Source: an uncultured Chloroflexia bacterium (GTDB taxonomy: Bacteria; Chloroflexota; Chloroflexia; QHBQ01; JADMIH01). Taken from it: a stretch of 64,000 bases of DNA. Location of the stretch: contig CAWCNY010000003.1 of assembly GCA_963797095.1 (NCBI GenBank), forward strand, positions 640,001 through 704,000, written 5' to 3'. Positions 1 through 8,490 of this stretch are shown in pieces (positions within the stretch are counted from its first letter, which is position 1; every line of letters starts with the position of its first letter). Under the pieces are notes generated by a model. It had not been told where the DNA came from, made no database searches, and was given only the letters and a program-made list of their open reading frames with translations. The position numbers and the translations under genes were made by a program.

Positions 1-488
1 GGAGGTGCTCCCTGCTCCGTAGGAAGCGATACCTGCTTTTGCCATCCATCGGGCAGAGTGGGTAACGGACGTGTAACCCCCTCGAAAGTCAACGTGGAGG
101 TGATCACATCTCCCTCTGAATTGAGCACAGCTACCGTCACATCCGGGGCCGACAATTCCTGTACCACAAAACCGAACATATGCGCAGGGTCCCTATCGAA
201 GGGCAGCGGTGGCTGCGACTCAATAGTGCCGCTAACGCCGCCACCGGAGCGTCGTATCGTAAACCCCGGCTGCACGCGCTCGAAATCCGCTCCACGCGAT
301 AACACCGAGCTTGCCGTCTTCTCAAGGCGATCAGCCGTGTTCTGCACCATGAAACGGTCAAGTTGGGAGTACAACACCCAACCCAGCAGCGACAGCGTCA
401 CTATAAACAACAGTGTATATAGCACGCTCAGTTGAAGACCCACAGGCACCCGCCACAGCGTGGCACGTACCCTATCAGTGAAACTCAT
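1..488 (-). CDS. Sensor histidine kinase, N-terminal part (runs off window edge)
   Basis: Manual translation from ATG at 488: MSFTDRVRATLWRVPVGLQLSVLYTLLFIVTLSLLGWVLYSQLDRF..., an N-terminal TM helix typical of OmpR-partner kinases; overlaps the response regulator stop. Confidence 0.75.
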   Translation of the reverse strand, partial: MSFTDRVRATLWRVPVGLQLSVLYTLLFIVTLSLLGWVLYSQLDRFMVQNTADRLEKTASSVLSRGADFERVQPGFTIRRSGGGVSGTIESQPPLPFDRDPAHMFGFVVQELSAPDVTVAVLNSEGDVITSTLTFEGVTRPLPTLPDGWQKQVSLPTEQGAP

Positions 489-1173
489 CCGTCGGCTCCA
501 ATGAATACCCTATCCCTCGTACGCTGCGGATCAGATTGCGCTCGTCGTCGCCCAGCTTCTCTCGTAGATGGCGAATGTGAACGTCTATCACGTTCGTGTC
601 GGCCATGTAATCGTAGCCCCACACCCTGTTCAAAATAATATCGCGTGGGAACACCTGCCTGGGGTGCATCAAAAACAGCTCCAGCATATCGAACTCTTTG
701 GGCGTCAACTCGATCATAGTGCCACCCCTCGTCACCCGGCGCGCCTGCCTGTCCATCGTCACATCCCCGATGCGCAACAGGCGCTGCAGATTGACCCCTC
801 TCCGCCGCAGGATCGCCCGTGCCCGCGCCATCAATTCGCGAAAACTAAACGGTTTGATCAGATAGTCGTCCGCCCCGCTATCGAGACCCTCGATCCGGTC
901 CTCAACCTCTCCCCGCGCCGTCAGCATCAGTATCCCCACATCGCTCTGGGCGCGCAGGCGCTTGCAAACATCTACCCCATCGATCCCAGGGAGCATTATG
1001 TCAAGTATGATCAGGTCAGGCTTGGTGCGCTGCGCTTCCTCCAGCGCCTCGAACCCCGTGCGGGCAACGCTCACCTCAAAGCCCTCATAGCTCAACCCCA
1101 TCGTGAGCATCTCAACAATCAGCGGCTCATCGTCCACCACCAACACGCGTACCGGGCGTTCCTGCTCGTCCAT
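475..1173 (-). CDS. OmpR/PhoB-family response regulator (MprA-like)
   Basis: VLVVDDE, LIILDIMLPG, GADDYLIKPF receiver motifs and LTPKEF...VRGIGY winged helix; start moved to ATG 1173 with GGAGG RBS. Confidence 0.95.
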   Translation of the reverse strand: MDEQERPVRVLVVDDEPLIVEMLTMGLSYEGFEVSVARTGFEALEEAQRTKPDLIILDIMLPGIDGVDVCKRLRAQSDVGILMLTARGEVEDRIEGLDSGADDYLIKPFSFRELMARARAILRRRGVNLQRLLRIGDVTMDRQARRVTRGGTMIELTPKEFDMLELFLMHPRQVFPRDIILNRVWGYDYMADTNVIDVHIRHLREKLGDDERNLIRSVRGIGYSLEPTDEFH

Positions 1174-1355
1174 GTCCTCCCTTTCATTCATACTGGTAAT
1201 CGAATTAACATTACCTACCGCTATCTCACGTATAGCGCTCCCATTAGTATCATAACCTGAATACCTTTGAGCCATCTTTGCATCTCCGTCCCGGATCGGC
1301 ACCACGACGTGCGCCAGCGAGGCAACCTCGCTCGATCCCTGGTCTTTATACTACC

Positions 1356-1411
1356 AATATATGCCGCTCAGGTTAAGGTACGCTGAGAGAATAATTAAGA
1401 TTCAGTTAAGA
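1356..1411 (-). promoter_or_regulatory. Promoter with TTAAG direct repeats (candidate OmpR-type binding site)
   Basis: TTAAG at 1373, 1395, 1406 (11-bp phase) and minus-strand -10 TATATT at 1356-1361; same geometry as 2740-2795. Confidence 0.6.
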
Positions 1412-1468
1412 GCGGGGGATTGCCTGAGCAGCGCGAGAACACACCCGCAGGCATGAAATCTGTATCTA

Positions 1469-1509
1469 AAAAGCCAAAAATGGCGGGTTAGCCGCCATTT
1501 TTGGCTTTT
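1469..1509. terminator. Intrinsic terminator hairpin
   Basis: AAAAGCCAAAAATGGCGG-gttag-CCGCCATTTTTGGCTTTT inverted repeat downstream of the 1614-2618 gene. Confidence 0.8.
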
Positions 1510-1613
1510 CTATATAGCTCTCCCCAAAATCGGGGGCGAGGTCTTCGAGGGCGATCCGGGCAGATTTTACGCTCAAACCTGGTACTCGGATCGACCCCAG
1601 CTCGATATTTGAC

Positions 1614-2618
1614 TTAGGAGAAAGGCTGTGGCACCTGCACCGGCGTATCCGGGCTGTTGGGAGCCGTGCCCGCGCTCAAGAGCGAGTTCACAACCCTCAG
1701 CAACGCATCACCAACGTTAGCAGCGCCCGCTGCATCGCTGTAGTTGCCTGCCTGGTAAGCACTGTACGCCTTGCTGTACTGGTCCTTCGCAGCCGCCACA
1801 TAGGTAGCCGCGCCGCCCTTGCTGGCGCTACTGTTTACCAGAGCCTCTTGCGACACTATGCTGTTGTACAGGTTCGCCACTATCCTGCTGGCCTGCGCCT
1901 GCGTGATATTCGACGGCACCTGCCCGCCTGGGCCTATCTTACCCGGACCCATGCCAGGGCCAGGCATGCCTGGGTGCATCTGACCCTTGCCTGCGTTCTG
2001 CCTCTGTGTATAAGAAGGCAAAGTATCGGCCCCAAGAGCCTGTTGCATCAACATCTCGGCAGCCCTTGCCAGTTCGCTCGCGGCGTTGGCGGTCTCCACC
2101 GATTTGCCGTACTCGCCGTTGGTGTTGGCGGTCTGAGCTGCGGCAAGCAGACCATCGGCCTTATCGACCCAGTCCTGCGCCGTGGCGGTGTCCATCTTCC
2201 CGGCAGCATAAGCGAGGTCGCCCTTGACGAGCGTGATCACGCTCGTAGTCGAGCTGATCGCCCTGGTGGCTCCATCGGCGGAATACGCCCCGCCAAAGCT
2301 TCCGCGCACGCCGCTCTCGAATCGTGGCCCCGCGTCCGGACCACCGGGACCGCCGCCCCAGGCTTGTCCGCCAGGCCCGCCTGGGCCTCTACTACCCCTC
2401 ATCCCCGGCATGCCATTGCGTGGGCTGCCCGGCTTCTGGCTGTCGGGTGCGGGCGTGGCAGTGGCATCAGCCACTTGCCCTGTCTGATCGGTTTGGGTCA
2501 CCGCGGTACCTGCCGATGCCGAAGGCGTAAGTACGCTTCCGGCCAGCACACCGATCCCCAGCGTGGCGGCCAGCGCCACGCCAAGTACTGCTGTTCCTGT
2601 GAGGGTCTTCCAGTTCAT
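1614..2618 (-). CDS. Secreted Gly/Pro/Ala-rich hypothetical protein
   Basis: AAGGAG RBS, N-terminal hydrophobic signal MNWKTLTGTAVLGVALAA..., two Ala-rich helical repeats separated by GPG linkers. Confidence 0.75.
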   Translation of the reverse strand: MNWKTLTGTAVLGVALAATLGIGVLAGSVLTPSASAGTAVTQTDQTGQVADATATPAPDSQKPGSPRNGMPGMRGSRGPGGPGGQAWGGGPGGPDAGPRFESGVRGSFGGAYSADGATRAISSTTSVITLVKGDLAYAAGKMDTATAQDWVDKADGLLAAAQTANTNGEYGKSVETANAASELARAAEMLMQQALGADTLPSYTQRQNAGKGQMHPGMPGPGMGPGKIGPGGQVPSNITQAQASRIVANLYNSIVSQEALVNSSASKGGAATYVAAAKDQYSKAYSAYQAGNYSDAAGAANVGDALLRVVNSLLSAGTAPNSPDTPVQVPQPFS

Positions 2619-2739
2619 AGGCGTTCTCCTTCTGTACCACCGCAGTGGACGACCAATAGCCATCAACTGCACGGCTCTATTTCATTGCCATTTATGCAAA
2701 GGCTCTTTCTCAGGCTACGCAAGAGGGAGCCTACTATGA

Positions 2740-2795
2740 AGTATAGGCGACTAGAATTAAGTCATTCCACCCAAACTATTAAGTTTAGATTAGAG
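2740..2795 (-). promoter_or_regulatory. Promoter with TTAAG direct repeats
   Basis: TTAAGT 2757, TTAAGT 2779, TTAGAG 2790; minus-strand -10 TATACT at 2740-2745. Confidence 0.6.
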
Positions 2796-2802
2796 CCGCT
2801 CC

Positions 2803-3258
2803 TCAAACATCCACAGATATCTCTGCGGCCACAGCCTGGTCCAGCGCCAGGTCGGTCTCACCGATCTGCACTATCGGCACCGGGCGCTTCTGCGCGAGGC
2901 GCACCGGCGTGCCCGGCAGCAGCCCGTACTGGCTCAGGTGCGCGAACAACCCCGTCTCCCCTCCGGCGCCCTCTCCTATCTCCGATATGTAACCCCCTTG
3001 CCCCGGCTTCAAATCGAGCAAACTCACGGTCCTCTGTACTGGCGCACTGCCGGTGCTGCCTTTCCCACGCCTGAACAACCGCATTACCCTCCGCGTCAAT
3101 CCGGACCTGGCCGGGTCTACGGTCGAATACCCGCACCTGGGACAGCATACCACCATGCAGTGCACCCCAAGCGGGCACGCCGCATGGCAGGTCAACTCCG
3201 ACTGCGCAAACTCGTAGCCGCACATGGCGCAGCGCATCATCTCGGCTTTAGCGTCCAT
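2803..3258 (-). CDS. feoA: FeoA-domain protein with N-terminal Cys-rich ribbon
   Basis: C-terminal LLDLKPGQ...LSQYGLLPGTPV...LALDQAVAAEI FeoA pattern; CxxC...CxxxC...CCPxC N-terminus; directly downstream of feoB. Confidence 0.85.
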   Translation of the reverse strand: MDAKAEMMRCAMCGYEFAQSELTCHAACPLGVHCMVVCCPRCGYSTVDPARSGLTRRVMRLFRRGKGSTGSAPVQRTVSLLDLKPGQGGYISEIGEGAGGETGLFAHLSQYGLLPGTPVRLAQKRPVPIVQIGETDLALDQAVAAEISVDV

Positions 3259-5225
3259 AACCCACCGCCTCTATCATTATACGCACCAACCCGCCAACCG
3301 CAAACGCGAACGGAAACACAAACGCCACTATCCCAAGCGCGGTCTTCCAGCCCCTCTCCTTGATCATCATCATGACGGTCGCCACGCAAGGCACAAACAG
3401 CGTGATCACCACCAGGCTAACCAGCATCTGGTCGGGCGAAAGCAGTCCCTGCCTCGCCATGTCGAACAACCCCGTCGCCCCGTAGTCCCGCCGCAAGAAC
3501 CCCATCAGGAACATACCGGCCGTCGTTTCGGGCAGCCCGAGCCACCCGGTCACCAGCGGCTTCATCGCCTCCTCAACCACACCAAGCGCCCCAGTCTTCG
3601 CCAGCACGAACAGGGCAGCAGTCGCCAGCAGAAACAGCGGGATCACCTCTTTCAAATACCACTCCAACCTCGCCAGCGTCTTCACAACAAGATTGTCCCG
3701 CTGCGGCAACCGTAGCGGCGGCAGCTCCATCACGAAGTCCGAGCTATCCCCCGGCACCACGCGTGACGCCAGCCACCCTACCAGCAGCATCACACCCACC
3801 ACTACCCCCGCCCAGATGAGCACTCCCATCGGGCTAAGCCACCCCACCATCGCCAGCATCACGCCCAGTTGCGCCGAGCACGGCACGCTCAGCGCCAGCA
3901 GCAGCGTCGCCAGCACCCGCTCCTTCTTCGTACCTCAGGATGCGCGTCGTCATGGTCGCCATCGTCACGCACCCGAGTCCCAGCGCCATCGGCAAAATAG
4001 CCTTCCCGTTCAGCCCGATCCTCTTGAAAGACCTGTTGAGCAACACCGCCAGCCTGGGCAGGTATCCCAAATCCTCCAGCACCCCGAACGCCAGGAAGAA
4101 GGTGGTCACGATCGGCAGCACTATCCCGATCCCGTAGGCTAACCCCACCGTCAGCAGACCATACTCGCCCACCAGGAAATCGGCCACGAGCGCGGGCACC
4201 GGCGCCCCTTGCATCACCCCCGTAATCCACGGGTTGATCCACTCCTCGAACAGGGTGCCCTCGAACAACCCCACAAGCGTGCCGGCCCCGAACTCGCCCA
4301 CGAACTTGTACAGCGCGAACATCACTACCAGCAAAATGGGCCACCCCAGCACCGGGTGCACCGCCCAGCGCGCCAGCCTCTCCCCCCACGAAAGGCCACC
4401 CGCCCTGTTCTGAACGTAAACCGCATCCACAAGAGCGGCCACAGCCCCCCACCGCTGCTGTGTAATCGTCTGCGCCAGCGATCTCGGCAGATTGGCCGAG
4501 GCCCTCGCCCGTATCCCCTCCAACGCCGCCGTCTCTTCCAGCGACAACCTCAAGCCCTTCTCGAGCCCCGCATCCTTCGCCAGCAGCGCCAGCGCCATCC
4601 ACCGCTTCCCCGGCATTCCCTCCGACAGCATATCAACGACAGCCGCCACTCCCTCCTCGATCTCCCTGCTGTACCCCACGCGAAGGCTCGGCACTCTTGG
4701 CGCGCTCATGCTATGCGCAAGGTCCCCGATCCCCTGCCCGCTCGTAGCCACCGTGCTCACCACGTCGATCCCAAGCAGTTCGCCAAGCCGCACCGTCTCT
4801 ATCTTCACCCCACGCAATTGCGCCTCATCCGCCATGTTCAAATCAAGCACCAGAGGGAAATCCAACTCCGCGAATTGCAGCGTGAGAAACAGCGCCCGCG
4901 ACAGGTTCTTCGCATCGGCCACCTGCACGACAGATTGCGCCTCCCTCCTCAAAAGCAAGGCCCGCGTTACCTCTTCGTCCGCCGCCAGCGGTTGAAGACT
5001 GTTGATCCCCGGCGCGTCCACCAGCGTGACACGCCTATGCCCCATCCGCGCCGTACCCTGCGCTACCTCCACCGTGGTGCCGGGGTAATTCGACACAGTC
5101 ACATACCGCCCGGTCAGCCGCTTAAAAATCACCGACTTCCCAACATTGGGCTGACCGGCCAGTATCACAAGCGACTCATCAGCGGCACCCTCAGGCGTAG
5201 GCGCGACAGCAGTATGGCAGTTCAT
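3248..5225 (-). pseudogene. feoB: Ferrous iron transporter FeoB, split by a +1 frameshift near 3931-3937
   Basis: GQPNVGKS, VSNYPGTTV, DAPG GTPase motifs; GLGC...TTRIL continues as TKKERVLATLLLALSVPCSA in the next frame; FVMELPP and LFVPC in the C-terminal ORF. Confidence 0.9.
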
Positions 5226-5302
5226 CTCTACACTGATCTTAAAGGCATCAGGTGAGAAGAACGGTGAATAATGGTGAAAACTACTTCAAAGCCCCCTACG
5301 AC

Positions 5303-6217
5303 TTACCCGCCCTGGGCGCCGGACGCACCGGCCACCTCTGCTTCCCGAACCTGAGCATCCGCATCTTGCGCGGCGGCCCCCTCCATATCTCGCTTTGTGG
5401 CCGAACCGGACCGCTTCAGGAAATCTAGCACAATTGGGATCGTCTCCTCGGGCATCTCGCTCTGGGGATAATGCCCCGCACCCTGGATCAATTTCAGGGT
5501 GCCTCCGACCTGCCCGGCCACGATCTTCCCTTCCGCTGCCGGGTTGGGGAAATCGGGGTCTTTCGTGCCCACGATCACAAGCGTCGGGGCCTTCACCAGC
5601 TTCAGGCTCTCCGCCGACGGTTGGCGCGAGGAATTCGCCAGCGCATCGGCTGCATGCAACCTCCCCGGCTCCGCCATATTCTTCATCAGCTTGGCCAAAT
5701 AGTCCTGAAAGTCGGCGGGCTTGCGCGTCGGGTACAGCGACTTATAGTACATACCCCACGTCCGCACCCGCCACGGATTGTTCATAAGCAGCCAGAACAT
5801 GGCCTTCATGATCGGGTTTATCCTGGCGGTGCGCACAAATGGCGTAATCAGCACCAGCGACCGGATCAGATCCGGGTGCTTCGCCGCCACCCATACGGCA
5901 GGCGCTCCCGAAAACGAAGTGGTGATCACATGGGCAGACCCCGCGCGCAGGTGCTCGATCATAGCAAGAATGTCTTCCCCGACCGATGGCACATCATAAG
6001 TGTTCCACGGCACGCTCAACTCGCCGTGTCCCGGCAGGTCCATCGTCACCGCGCGAAAGCCCGCTTCTCTGAGCTTCGGCGCAAGATAACGATACTCGCT
6101 GCGAAGCGCGCCAATCCCCGGCAGCATCAATACGGGTACACCGTCGCCACCATAATCACTGTAAGCCAGCGTGCCTTCAGGGCGTTCCAGATATTCAGTT
6201 TTCAAATCAGTTTGCAT
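5303..6217 (-). CDS. Alpha/beta-fold hydrolase
   Basis: MDLPGHG, TSFSG nucleophile elbow, GAGHYPQ; GGAGG RBS before ATG 6217. Confidence 0.88.
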   Translation of the reverse strand: MQTDLKTEYLERPEGTLAYSDYGGDGVPVLMLPGIGALRSEYRYLAPKLREAGFRAVTMDLPGHGELSVPWNTYDVPSVGEDILAMIEHLRAGSAHVITTSFSGAPAVWVAAKHPDLIRSLVLITPFVRTARINPIMKAMFWLLMNNPWRVRTWGMYYKSLYPTRKPADFQDYLAKLMKNMAEPGRLHAADALANSSRQPSAESLKLVKAPTLVIVGTKDPDFPNPAAEGKIVAGQVGGTLKLIQGAGHYPQSEMPEETIPIVLDFLKRSGSATKRDMEGAAAQDADAQVREAEVAGASGAQGG

Positions 6218-6229
6218 TAGTCGTCCTCC

Positions 6230-6247
6230 TATCTTGATATCTCGATA
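6230..6247. promoter_or_regulatory. Imperfect palindrome, possible MarR/PadR-type operator
   Basis: TATCTTGATATCTCGATA just upstream of the hydrolase RBS. Confidence 0.35.
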
Positions 6248-6319
6248 CAACCGGCGTCACTCCTGCTTCTCCCCATTGTCAAGGTCGCTTTCCAAGACCT
6301 ACAAGACCCGCCTCCGGTC

Positions 6320-6721
6320 CTATTCCGTCTCCGGACCGTCGACATTCACCACCGTGACATCGCTACAGGCACGCGCGACCACCACAACGAGGTCTTGCTC
6401 GCCCACCAACTCTTCCATGTGAATGGCGCTTGGCGCAACTGACAGGAAATCGCCTGGGCCCACTTCGGCGCTTTCCTCACCTCCCTTCCCCCAGCGAAAG
6501 CGGGCGCGCCCTTGCAATACATAGAGGCCCGTGTCGCAATCCCCGTGATGGTGCCATCCGCTCTTCATGCCTGTCGGTGATGTCGCCAACCCCATCCACA
6601 GGTTCTGACTGCCTGTGGTTTCCGGTGTCAGGGCGGCCTCGCGTTTCATACCATGTGTCTGCGGGGTAAACGTATTGCGCTGATTGTCGCGAACAACATT
6701 GATCCCTACTTTCATATCCAT
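6320..6721 (-). CDS. Cupin-domain protein
   Basis: SGWHHHGDCDT...GPGDFLSVAPSAIHME cupin motifs; AAGGAG RBS. Confidence 0.88.
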   Translation of the reverse strand: MDMKVGINVVRDNQRNTFTPQTHGMKREAALTPETTGSQNLWMGLATSPTGMKSGWHHHGDCDTGLYVLQGRARFRWGKGGEESAEVGPGDFLSVAPSAIHMEELVGEQDLVVVVARACSDVTVVNVDGPETE

Positions 6722-6943
6722 GCCATTCTCCTTATCTAGTTGGCATTCCAAAGTTACCTGTAGAGGCAATGCACACTTTGCTCTCCTGCTACAGGCCATG
6801 TTTGAATGCCAATTTCGTACCGCAGCCGTTCTTGTCTTGGAAAGCGACCCTTGACCACAGGGGAAGCAGGTGTCAGCTGATTGCGGGTGTGGGCGTCACG
6901 CGCGAGTGTTATTTTGCCGAAATTCGAATTTGTCTGCCTTACC

Positions 6944-8023
6944 TCACTTCCTGAGCACATACCAGTTGTTCTGAAGGTCGTGCGCCAGTTGATTCGTTTC
7001 TATGGACCGGAAACCGGCTTTCTGAAGATACTCTCGCGTCTTTTCCTCGCCCCACATCGCGCCCAACCCCTCGCCACCCTGCGCCAGCGACACGGTCATG
7101 CAGTGCATGGTCGAGATGGTATACAGGAACGGGCCGAGCGGGTGCCCAATATCCTGATAAACATGGCTCGATCCCCTGATGTCCTGCATCAGATACACTC
7201 CATCCCCTGTCAGTGCGCGATAAATCCCCTTCAGAACATTGAGTGGTTTGGCCTGGTCGTGAATAGCATCGAACGTAGTGATAAAGTCAAAAGCCTCTCT
7301 CTCGGCGGTCTCATCGAAATCACCGAGGTCGCGAACGGTGAACTCCGTATTCCGCAGGCCCTTTTGCGCCGCCCCGTCCCTCGCACTCTCAATCGCCTCA
7401 GGCGAGAAGTCTATCCCCGTAAACCTGCTGCTAGGGTACAGTTCGGCCAACCGGTTGACGATGCGGCCACTACCACACCCCACATCCAGCACCTGTATGC
7501 CCCTGTCGAGCCGGTCGGTCAATCCCGCCACCAGCAACAAAATATGAGATTCGAGTGCCGACAGCACCGACTGGCCGCTGTCTTCCGCCATTACGGCGTG
7601 GAAGCGTGGAAATTCCTCGTATGGAACCCCGCCGCCACTCTTGAAGCATTCGACAATATCATCCTCTACACGCCCCATCACCGCGATATACTGGGTAAAG
7701 ACGGCGATATTATCCACAGCCCCGGCACGAGTCAAAAACGGTGCGTGTTCCTCCGGCAACTTGTAGTAAGTGCTGGTTGGGTCGACTTCGACCACCCCGC
7801 CCACCACCATCGCCCCCAGCCATTCGCGCACGTATCGCTCGTGCAGCCCGGCCTCTTTCGCGATCTCTACCGGCGTAGAAGCGGGCAACCCACGCATAAC
7901 GTCGAACAGGCCGGTGCGGTGGCCGATACTTGTCATCAGCGCAACAGAGGCATTGTTCAACACATCTATCATGTGCCCGGCGAACGCCTCGGACTTCTTC
8001 AGGTCGAATGGTCCGTCTATCAT
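6944..8023 (-). CDS. Class I SAM-dependent methyltransferase with N-terminal winged helix (Rv2258c-like)
   Basis: SIGHRTGLFD, LHERYVREWL, VLDVGCGSG, FDAIHD, STMHCMTVSLAQGGEGLGAMWG. Confidence 0.92.
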   Translation of the reverse strand: MIDGPFDLKKSEAFAGHMIDVLNNASVALMTSIGHRTGLFDVMRGLPASTPVEIAKEAGLHERYVREWLGAMVVGGVVEVDPTSTYYKLPEEHAPFLTRAGAVDNIAVFTQYIAVMGRVEDDIVECFKSGGGVPYEEFPRFHAVMAEDSGQSVLSALESHILLLVAGLTDRLDRGIQVLDVGCGSGRIVNRLAELYPSSRFTGIDFSPEAIESARDGAAQKGLRNTEFTVRDLGDFDETAEREAFDFITTFDAIHDQAKPLNVLKGIYRALTGDGVYLMQDIRGSSHVYQDIGHPLGPFLYTISTMHCMTVSLAQGGEGLGAMWGEEKTREYLQKAGFRSIETNQLAHDLQNNWYVLRK

Positions 8024-8388
8024 CGATTCCCACCTTCCTGGCGCGATACGCGTTTTCTCAATAAGCTACTACCCTACATGTGTAAGGCGTACAGGGCGTG
8101 ATCCAGATTGGGGCAGAGTCGACAGCCAACCCCGGCACCTACCGGGCAGAGTTAGCTGTTGGGGCGGTCCAGGTCGAAGTCGAAGAACAGAAATGCTTTG
8201 GAGACTCAGGCCGAGGCCCTGAACCGTCCGGCGATCAATAGCTCAAGGCAAATACGAGCTTTACCGGCATAGCAGCGTCAGCCCCTATTTCACAGACATT
8301 GGTCGCATCCAGAAAAATGCAATTCCAATCACTGACGCTAATTCTACTCACCAATGCTGATGCTGATATTTTAAGCCAACACTTCATA

Positions 8389-8424
8389 AGCGTCAAGAGC
8401 GTCAAGAGCGTCAAGAGCGTCAAG
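8389..8424. repeat. 9-bp tandem repeat (AGCGTCAAG)x4
   Basis: Direct inspection; intergenic. Confidence 0.9.
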
Positions 8425-8490
8425 CCAGATATCCAATCTGACGCACCGTCCATTCACATCCTGGCCTTCTCAAAGGCTCACCTATTTCCT

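Noticed and set aside
8235-8453. 72-aa ORF with LTLLTLLTL
   Set aside because: The periodic peptide is just the 9-bp repeat; no RBS or family signal
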